Below, in pieces: positions 54,301 to 64,000 of a DNA stretch of 64,000 bases. Below the pieces are notes generated by a model. That model was not told where the DNA came from and searched no databases. It saw nothing but the letters and a program-made list of their open reading frames with translations. The translations under genes were made by a program, and so were the position numbers. Numbering within the stretch: position 1 is the stretch's first letter; each line of letters begins with the position of its first letter. The DNA is from Lingula anatina (Eukaryota; Animalia; Brachiopoda), in NCBI GenBank assembly GCA_051362555.1, contig CM120640.1, positions 5,704,001 to 5,768,000 of the forward strand, read 5' to 3'.

Positions 54301-57300
54301 ATTATCAACACAGAGAGCACAGTTTGGCCTAAATGGTACATTTATTAGAGTTAAGAAGATAAGTGAAGTTAATGTGTACTACTAATTAAATCTTAGCATT
54401 CAAGACAATAAATATGAGATAATTCAAAATAATGTGACAGGATGTTAATTAACACTGGGACCTTATTCAAATCACTCCTCATGTTCTCTTTTGTCTAGAA
54501 TTTTGAATGGGATTTATTTTGACCACCAAAGAAGGTTGTAAAATCAACTAAATATTGTTGCCTTCTTCAAACACCTAAAGAAATCAGGTTTTACAATAAT
54601 AGATCATAGTATTTACTGAGCATAAAATTAAAGTTGAGCAAATGTGTCCACTAAATAATAGGTTCATCAAACAATAATATGGTACACAAAACAAAGACAT
54701 AGTGTGCTTGTGAAAAAAAGCATTAAACACAACAATACAATATCTGTGCAAAGGTCAGTGAAAGGTAGTAATCTACCAGGGAGGAGCCAGTAGTTTATCA
54801 ATGAGTTTCTCCTTTTGTGAATGTGTACATCTTTAAAACATTAATCTTATATTGCTGAACCAAAGGTCAGTAGCAGAACATGCGGGGAGAGCATGTCCTC
54901 TCCAAGCGTCCCTGAAAAATGACCACTTTCTCCAGTGCCATCTTATTCCCAGCACAGACCCATGTTAGCTGGTAATATCCCAGGGCCCCGTGCTATCCCC
55001 CTTCACTTAGAAGATGTATGACAGAGTTAGATCAAAGGCAGCCTCTCCACAAATGACCAAGAGGTACAAGCCTCCCGAGGCAGGCGATGATGGATCCTAT
55101 GTGCTATCATTGGTCTCCAGAATGATGTACAAATACGTTTTAGTCATGCAAGGCATTAAACTGGTCCTGCTCAGATGCTAGTCATGGGGTCATAGCTTAC
55201 AGCGCTCGGGTGAAGGCAGCCATTAGGGCAGATAACAGAACATTATCCCCCATTCTCATATCCTGCGCCCAATCTCTACCTACATGCAAGAGCAGCATTA
55301 GGGGATAACAATATTACCTTTATAACAAACTTACTGCTCCATTCAACTAAAAACAGATGGTGATTTTTTAATTTTTTTTTCTTGTTATCAAGTTGAGTGT
55401 CTTTTATAGGATACAAACTCAACAAAGGCTTCCTATTAAGTTTTACAGTGACATAATAAATAAATGTAGATCACACTACACATTAGCTATCTGCTTTTTT
55501 TTCTTGATATGTCTCATTTTTCAAGTAAACAGTAACTCTTTAACACCTTGTTATATAACAATAATATTTAAAAAAATTATTTGGATAGTATTCTGCATAA
55601 CAAAATAAAACCACTTGAATTTCTAACTTTCATCACCTAAATCATGTCCTTTTTTATTAAGAAGAAACAAACAAAAAGATATAATTTCTAACTTTGCACT
55701 TCTTTCCCCAGGTGTTCTAAAAAAACTAATACTTTTTTATCTTTGGACATCGCTTTATTTTGCATGCAGGCTGCGTTTAGTATTCATGAGCTTCTATGCT
55801 TATGACTGCAGAACACGCATCAAATAATAAAATATCTGCCTGGCGGTGCTATCATACGATGCAGGTCATTAAAATCTTGAGGTGTTTTTATGTGCCTTTC
55901 TCTTTCTGTTCAGAAAACAACAATACCCTTTATCTGTATCATCATAAGAAAACTGTGTAAACATGAGCACAACATGCCTGGAACAAGGTCATAAATAAAC
56001 CACTTTTTGTCATCAATGTGACATTAGGGAGTGCTGGACGGGATCAGCATCTCCCACCTTCCCTACATGTAAAAATACCACAACAACATCACTTCCACAC
56101 CTGCTACCTCAATTTTCACAGATTTTATCTCACCTTCGTCCCAAAAATATCAAAATTAACAAGGTTTTTAATGGAGATGATGTCAGATTCATTGTGGTCA
56201 TAGCAATTAAATGACCACAGGCTGGCCAGTCATCTTGATCAGATTGGTGACTGTAGCCCCCTTCCTAGACCATCAGACTCGTTAGTTCAAGTGTAAACAT
56301 GATAATAATACCCCCTGCTCACTGGAAAGTGGACGCGCAAGTTCTGAGCACACACACACCAAACAAACACTTTAACAGGACAATAGCTCTTATGCGCGTC
56401 TCATGTTTCATATCACAATCTAATAATGCCAAAACTTGACATTTTATACTCCCTCCGGTCAATTCTGTCTGAGGAAACATTTCTTGACTAAACTATTGTA
56501 AAGGCAAGAGTGTATCACTTTCTCAAACATTTAATACCCTCCAAGAAGAGCCAATGTGGGAAAAGGAATATCTTGTAGCAATTCTTTTCATTTTCTGTCC
56601 AAAAAAAATAGGGACACATGAAAAAAAATGCTTTTTTTCTTAAATTCTTTGATATTTTGCCCTCCATCTTATAATTGGTTTCTTTAACTGAAAGTTTACC
56701 TTTATCCAACACGTTTAATTCAATGCAGGCCTTACAATTCAGGAAATAAAAAGCCCCCAACTCCTCTCATAAGGTATCACAGATTATCACCCTGGTCATC
56801 TGAGCACAGTTATACACACCAGCGAACACAAGCTATGTGTCACAAAGATGTCACAAGACACTGCTCCATACTCCTCAACATGACACAATAGGACCAAAAC
56901 TGCTGAATCATGGGGGGAATTGGAAGCCCTTCACAGCTACCAAAGGCTGACGGCAAGACATCAGAAGTCTTGTCAACATGAGCTCTTGCCAGTCTCCACT
57001 CCTCTACTAGTGTTTGGGCATACAATTCTCCTCAGGGCTCTGTTGGCGACACATCCCTGATTTATTATACTGTCAACAAATTCTATTCAGATGACAAGAA
57101 AGAAAGAGCAAAAAGCTTCTTCTTGGACAAAGAAAAATAGCAAAATGCTCTCCTCTTGTGTAAAATTTCATTTGGACCCCTAGATGCCTCAGGTTTTGGT
57201 AAAATGATGCATTAAAAGTCACACCTGACAATGCAGGTATTAAACCCTGCTGGAGGGCCTTTCTTCAGTCTTCCCTGTGCCCTAGGTCAGTAAATTATAT

Positions 57301-60300
57301 TCAGCAGGGTCTTAAAGGAGGTGAAGCGAAACAGCTTACATCATCTAATGCAGGGTCACATTGATTGTTTGAATTTCTTCTTCAATATTAAGGGTGCAAT
57401 TCAGCATGAAAACTAAAGCCTCCACAAAATGAATACCTACGTACACACTGGCTCCTTTACTACACTGCGTCTTAGACTTTCGAGGGTGGTAAGAGCCGCT
57501 TGGTAAACTTGAGGCACTGTGAAATGATAACACGACCATGTATACACCTGTTAAAGGGGAGGATGTGTGACAGGGGACAAAAACAACATAACACAGGGAC
57601 GCGTTTCATAATAATTCGACAAAGTTTAGCACTGCTTTAATAGCTTTCTGAATGGAGCATGTTCACAAAGCGCATGGCACGCCACGCGGCTATGGCGTCA
57701 ACGGAAAGGGGGCCCCAGACACATGAATATACTTATTATGTTGTAGAAAAACAGTAAGATGCATTTTTTTATTCTGGCAGCTATAAAATACTGCAAAATA
57801 TATGCAAGCCAAGGGGAGGGGTCTTTTGGTTACTAGCAAATAATTTTTGTTCTTAAGCAGGGGTTACCATTAGCACCAAAATCTACAAGTTCACCGTCAA
57901 AAAAAATTTTTTTTTGCATTACCAGTTTATCATTTACCAGTTACTATCTAAACCAATATGTTTTATGTCCAAACTTTCAATGTATGTCAATGACAACCCT
58001 GACCTACAATTCTGTTTTACAGAAACAAATTTTCTCCAAAGCCAAACCAACACAAAAACATCTCCAGGGTGAATGTGATGTAACACGTTACTTAAAACAA
58101 CTTTCCACTTTCTGTCAACATGAAAAATCTCTTTAGATGCCCTTCATACTAAAGGTTACATGATTATATAAATAATCACGGAGATAGCATATGAACACAC
58201 AGCGTATCTAGAAACTTAGACAGCTTGAGCTAGAAACTTGAGATAGCTTGATCCCAGGTGACATGGCATATCTTGTGACACCTGCACATTTGTGACAGGG
58301 CCAGGGGACCAGTGAGGAAGAGGAGGAAGGGGTGAGTGCACCAGACACCCTGGCAGCAGGGGTGGGGCAGGTGCCACGGCTTCACTGGGAGCAAAGGTTA
58401 ACTCCAGAGTGTCACACAACTGCCCAGTAAACCAAGACACCATTGTGGCCCACACAAACAACTACCTGTGTATTATCTGATGTGGACTGCCTCCATGGTC
58501 AAGTGGCAAGATTCTAATTTTAGGACCAGATAGGCATCTCGATAATCATTAAGTCAAGTTGGACATGCATTACTGCAATTTGACAAAAATACAAAACAGA
58601 AGGATAAATGGTATATTTGTAGTTTAAAGTTTTCAGGGGTACATGGTAGAGATTTTAATTGTCATCCATATTACATAAACTCTTTAAGAGACATGGGTTT
58701 TTATCTTGAGCAAGATTTCAAATGACACAAGTATCAAAACTCTGCTTTAGTTGTCCAAATCTTGGAATTAGAATTTCTATCTCAGTTTTAATTTGCCATA
58801 GTGACATTTAATTTATCTCTAAATACCCAATCATGGCAAAATTGAACTTTAATCTGTCCGATAAACCACCAGATCCACAAGTAACACTGGCTCAAAGGAC
58901 TTATCCCTGCTTGTCCAATTTAGCACAACAGCAAATGAAGCATCATTTTGATAACAGTGAAAAACCAATAAAGGAAGAGGGATGAACTGTATATGCTGTT
59001 TGCAAAGGGGCACCGCAAGGTACATAATTCAGATAAAATCTTTGATTACTCTTCAAGCTCTCTTGAATACGTTATCAGTTTGTTTTCTCTTTTAGCGTGA
59101 ATCATTGACCCCCTGGTGCGGTGCCTCGTGCCACAGTGTTTCTCAACCGAAGAATCTCAGTGAATAAAATGAAAAATTGTCACTCAACTCTATATATATT
59201 CATTATTCACCGAAGCTTTTTCCTATGTAATTTTATCTCTTACACCTCCTTTTTAGTAATCAAAGTAATCCCTACTCAAATACTACCTGCCTTGTGTCAG
59301 AGATTCACCTCTATGCCCAATCACTTAACTACCAAAGTTATCATGACTTTTACCGTAACAAGACCATGATACTTTATCAGTGACACACATCCTTTTTATC
59401 CCTCAACAAAGATTTTTTAACATAAAATAAACCTCATAAATAAATAGACCATTTCAATATGAAACACATTATTGTCATATGATACAGCAAAAAACATAAG
59501 TTGTTTACTTGGGATAGGTCTTGGAAAACATGAATATTTGTCATGAAACCCACAGTGTCCTTGAGAACTTCTTGGTAAGGCCTTTGTGAAAACAAAATCA
59601 CCTGGGCTCAACCTGCATCCTTCTGTGGGGGAAACAAAGCCTGTGCCCTTCCCCACTACAATACCTTGGTGGAACACACAGCCCTGATCTTGCTCATTTT
59701 TCACTCATCGCATTACAGATCTTTTGTCGTTATCAAAACATATCCAGTCTCCCAAATATTTGTGTCCAGATACGGGGCTTTGAAATGAGAGGATTTTTAA
59801 GAGCAGAGACCACAACTTTTATAGGGCTTCGGTGAACTAGAAAACTTTACTTCATTGGTATGCAGGTGAGAGAAAGGCACACAATAAAGATGGCAGAAGA
59901 CGTGACAAAAAAGAAGGTACAAACAAGCATCTTCTTTTGCCTCAACACGGGTACATTATTACCAATGATGAACTTCACAGCTGGCAACTTGCCATGCAGT
60001 TCAGATTTTTTTCCTCTAAAGACTACCAAAAGCACCATCCATGAATCCATCTTGAACTGATTTTCTATGCAGCGGGAGCAAATATGGATCAAAGCATCTC
60101 TTCCGTATGGATTAAGTACATGCCAACACATCAACATGTCTACTTATATAAAAGCAGCACTATCGTAACCACTCCTTCAACTACCATACTACATAATGAA
60201 TTTTTTTTCCTTTTTGCCTTAACAAGCCACTAATTTCCTGTAATAGACAGAAAGACATCCTTCATACACAAGCAAGCTTTTATTCTGTATAGTTTTGGCC

Positions 60301-62233
60301 ATCTCGGGTGTCAGGCTCATCCACCCCAGGTAGGGACTGGCAAGTACTATATACCTGGTACCTTGTAAGATAATGCCCCTAAATCAGAAACTCCACAGCT
60401 ACTAATCCTAAAGCCCAACAATGGAGGCTCAGGGACCACCTGCCAATCATAGTCCCCCGAGTACTCGCCTCCTGCGGCATGCCGTCCAATTTTACCATCT
60501 CAACAGTACACCAATAGGAGAAATTGACTACGAAGAGGTTTATTAGGCCCTTCATTGGAACAGTCTCCCACAGTTAGGAAGTTAAGCAGGTTTGCTTATG
60601 GCAGGTACCGAAGGTTAGGGCAATTATTATGTCAAATATCATACTTTCTTCCAATCTTCCAATGTCCACAGTAAATACACACAATGTCTGGATTTGAAAA
60701 TTAATCTTTTCATTTTGGTGTGGAAAATAATTCACTTTTTAATCCTAAGGTCTGAAGCAGACCCAGGCAGCCAAATGATTGCTTCTCATTGTGTCATCTT
60801 TACTTGGTACACATTTATCTGGTGGAGACTAATACATGTCAACATTCACATCTTGTACGTAAACTAGGACATTTGTGGCCTCACACGTAACTGGAGTAGG
60901 GACAAACAGACAGGCCATGGTTACCAGAGAAAGTCTCAAAAACTTTCAACAAGGGGAGGTTGTTTGCACCAATTTCACTACACTCGGCTGTAATAAATCA
61001 CTTGATTCATAATGCGCAAGTGCCAAATTTCATGTATTTATAACAACAGAAATCCATATTTAAATATGGGATGAGGTTTTGTGAAGGACGTAAGGCCTGA
61101 ATTTAAAAGAATTTCTCAACAATAGAGCTGAAAACACTGCACACTTTTGCCACGGGGAGAAGTGCATCTCTTTAGAATTTCAAATTTATGCCAATTTCAC
61201 ACACAGGTAGCCCATAAATTTTCAAAATGAGTTTTATTTTCTCTTTCCTCTACTTGGAAAAAAAAGGGATGGCAAAAAAAATGAGCACTGGTCCACAAAT
61301 TTATAGGCACGTATTGGGAGGTAAAGTCTGATAACATCTTGTAGAGGCATAAGTTGTGTTCCTCAACAACAAATGTGTAATTATCTTGATAGATGGCTGG
61401 TCAGTTCCTTGTACAGTTCACTTTAAGAATAGTACAGGATAACATGTCAGCGTTTTCCCCCCATGTAACCATCATAAAAAAGCAATTTCAGTAACCCATG
61501 CACATGTCTGCCTCAATCATCTAACCCCAAAAATACGACTCAAAACATAAATGTGGTGGTAATAAACCTCAGTACATGTCAGGGCTTCACTTAGTATTGT
61601 TTTAAAGACACAAAGAGCAGTAACTATAAGATCCAGGACATGGATATGTTTTTTATCGTTGGTTTATATCTCTCTGTATGCCATCAGTGACAAGATATCT
61701 AAAGATGTGCTCTGTTGGCTAGCCATAAAATCTTAAGTTTTTACTATGCAGGTACTTGCTTTCTACTGGTACTGTTAATGATCCCCACAGGCAAACCTGG
61801 ACCCTGCAAGAGACTTCCCTATGCAGGTGTATTTAATTTAGACTAATAACTAATGCAGTGTTAGGGAAAATGTCTTGAATATGTGCAAGTCCAATAAACT
61901 GTGGCATGTTTGTATGGGGAATCCTTCATGTGTGATATGTTTTGAATATTTTTAAATAAAACAACTGAAACCATTTGTAAAAACATAAAAGGAGGAGTTT
62001 TTTTTTCATGCTCATATTTTCACTAGTGGAAAGTTTTAAAATTAAGTCATATGTCAAAAGACAAAGAAAAAAAACTTACTTTCTATCTCAAACAATGATA
62101 CTGTGGATCTGGGATTGAAATTCATCTGCCAGGCTCCCACTAGAGCTGTTAAATGCAGTAATCCGGTGAAAGTATAAAAGGTGACCATGTTGACACATTG
62201 CCTGCAGTCCAACATGTTAGCCCAAATCTTCAT
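43780..62233 (-). CDS. Sema1a: Transmembrane semaphorin, class 1 (Sema-1a-like, related to vertebrate Sema6), ~770 aa, 17 coding exons
   Basis: Exons 62080..62233 (signal peptide ...GLLHLTALVGA-WQMNFNP; alternative ATGs at 62215 and 62188), 54054..54156, 53392..53437, 52904..52966, 52084..52203, 51691..51784, 50924..51025, 50665..50756, 50092..50233, 48952..49193, 48643..48764, 47908..47990, 47552..47762, 47270..47412, 46641..46760, 45533..45616, 43780..44171; phase-consistent, total 2313 nt. Sema motifs ECQNYIR, IYFFF, SRVARVCKNDQGG, FFKTRLNCSIPGDYPFYFDEIQ, GSAICAF; PSI domain CVALQDPYCSW; TM segment VVLGIAVVVAIVVSLFVGFLSGY; C-terminus QKVRKVYL resembling Sema-1a. No Ig or thrombospondin domains. 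Confidence 0.92.
45355..45434. repeat. (CAGA)n-type tetranucleotide microsatellite, imperfect
   Basis: acagacaaacagacagacagacagacagacaggcagacagacaggcagacag..., read directly, inside a semaphorin intron. Confidence 0.93.
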
Positions 62234-62323
62234 ATGGTTCACCTTGATCTAATAGTCGTTGTGGAGGTAGAGTTGATGTCGTGTATCCTTTCTAACAGTC
62301 AAGTTCACAATGGTGTCTGCTTT
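62234..62323 (-). other. 5' UTR part of the semaphorin first coding exon, implying a further upstream non-coding exon
   Basis: Strong acceptor ttgattttcttttccag immediately upstream of 62323 on the minus strand. Confidence 0.5.
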
Positions 62324-64000
62324 CTGGAAAAGAAAATCAATACTACTGAAAGGGCAAGACCGACTGTGGAATACTGAAGTCTTCAATAGAAACACTTTAT
62401 CCATATGTCACCCAATGTACATCTACACTCATATGAACAAACGAGGCAGAAGTTCTAGATATTTTTTCAAGGTGTAATTTATGCTGGTTCTTGGGACTTA
62501 GAAGATCTTTCTAACTAAAATAGCAAGATCTAATTTACTGCTACGTGTAAACTGGATCTTGTTAGTTTTGGAGTCTGTTATATTCAATAGTCTGCTTCAC
62601 CATATCCAATTCAGTCTAGTTCAATTTGAATTTCTATTCGATATGAATTACTATAATTTTCCTTGTTCATTGTTTAAATCAAAGGAAATTTTGCTATGTC
62701 TATGTTTTATTTAGCAAAGCCTTTTTGTACATTTCCCTTCAGATATAATTAGAAACTTGTAACAATAATTCCATTTTTTCTTAACAATATATAATTTTTT
62801 AAAGAAACACAGTGGTATGTGTACAACTCCATGTTAGTCATATGGAAATTGTTTATTTCCTATCTGCAAGCAAGAACACTGTGCTCATTGAGAAATTTAA
62901 CATTTAAAGATTTCCATCATTTCCTTTCAACCACTTGAACTTTATAATAGTTTCTCTCTCCAATTTCCCTTTGCCTTACCTAACACAGATATCCAAGCAC
63001 TTAGTTATAGGTAATTCAAATCAAAAGAAAAAGAATGGTACAGTCAGTCTATTTCAGTTTTAAATTCATGATAATCAGAGAACACTATCTGCAGTTTCTC
63101 TTTTAAAAAGTTATCCCATTTCTAAGTTGGAATTAATTTCCTGCAACTCTTTTCGACCTTAAGTAACTGAAGTACAAACATACAAACCAAATGAGAATCA
63201 ATTACTCCTTTTTGTCACAAAATCATCCTCCTTATAACAAGAAAAAAATGATAATCAATATCTCAATGATCTGTATATTGACACAACTCTCCTATCATAA
63301 TTACCAGCAAGTCCATGACCAACAGAATCGAATAATTCTATTAAACCAACCTCCCGCATGATACACCTTCGTATAAATATTCTAACCAGAGGAGCCAATT
63401 ATGTATTCACAGTAAATGATAACCAAATGAAAGAAACCAATACCTTAATGTGTCCAATAATTGAAAATCCATTAATCCATGTTGTTATAAGTAGATAAAT
63501 ATGAAGTATGTAAATCCAATAAGTAAGAGGTAAAGTCTACTCGATGGCAGTCAGTGTACTAGTGAATCATTTACTCCACTCCGTCACATCCTCCTTGTTC
63601 AGTGTAGGAGGTAAGGCTTTAAGATACTAATAGAGAGAGGTCTACATACGTTTACACACACCTACTTATTTCTTATAGGCTGCTGGAGGTCACATGACCA
63701 CAGGTGTAGTGAAGGTTTACAATTAAGGGGTCACATGGGCACAGGGGAGCGGGAATACATATTCAGATGCAAATGATTAGAATAATGCTACTTTTCCTGC
63801 CTGGCTGCTTGTGCTTAATGTGCCTAAATCCAAAACAGCAACAGGTTTTAGTGGCAGGGACAAAGGGTATTTGTGTCCCCGTATTGGAGCTTTGCTCACA
63901 ATTGGAGAAAGGTTCATGAAAAAAACAAGGCAAAAAGGGGGTCTAATGGCATAATCTGTCAGCATAGTGGTTAAAAAAGAGCAGTAATGCATAAAATGGG

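Noticed and set aside
61933-61955. TGATATGTTTTGAATATT resembling miR-190
   Set aside because: Imperfect match in low-complexity AT-rich DNA, with no convincing hairpin.
1-64000. CRISPR arrays, tRNA/rRNA genes, transposase or reverse transcriptase ORFs, U12-type introns
   Set aside because: No repeat-spacer periodicity, RNA gene signature or transposon protein motif was seen, and none of the modelled introns has an RTATCCT donor. A by-eye search can miss degenerate elements.

Overview
AT-rich, CpG-depleted, intron-rich animal genomic DNA, probably an invertebrate bilaterian (lophotrochozoan-like; the taxon is an inference). Five protein-coding genes were reconstructed by hand from GT-AG splice sites and reading-frame phase: (1) the 5' part of an ARID3/dead ringer transcription factor (- strand; 3 exons visible, continuing past the left edge); (2) UTP15 (+; 13 exons, ~515 aa); (3) GPN2 (-; 3 coding exons, ~311 aa); (4) COMMD10 (+; 8 exons, ~197 aa); (5) a transmembrane class-1/6 semaphorin (Sema-1a-like; -; 17 coding exons, ~770 aa). 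There are two CpG-rich head-to-head promoter regions (ARID3/UTP15 and GPN2/COMMD10). No prokaryotic-type system, CRISPR array, tRNA/rRNA or transposase ORF was found, and most entries in the ORF track are intronic noise. The best leads are the tail-to-tail COMMD10-Sema1/6 pair (which I recall also holds for human COMMD10-SEMA6A), a candidate recursive splice site and repeated C/EBP palindromes in ARID3 introns, a possible genomic regulatory block using UTP15 introns, candidate alternative semaphorin exons, and a MITE-like inverted repeat. Family calls rest on remembered protein motifs; no database search was run.
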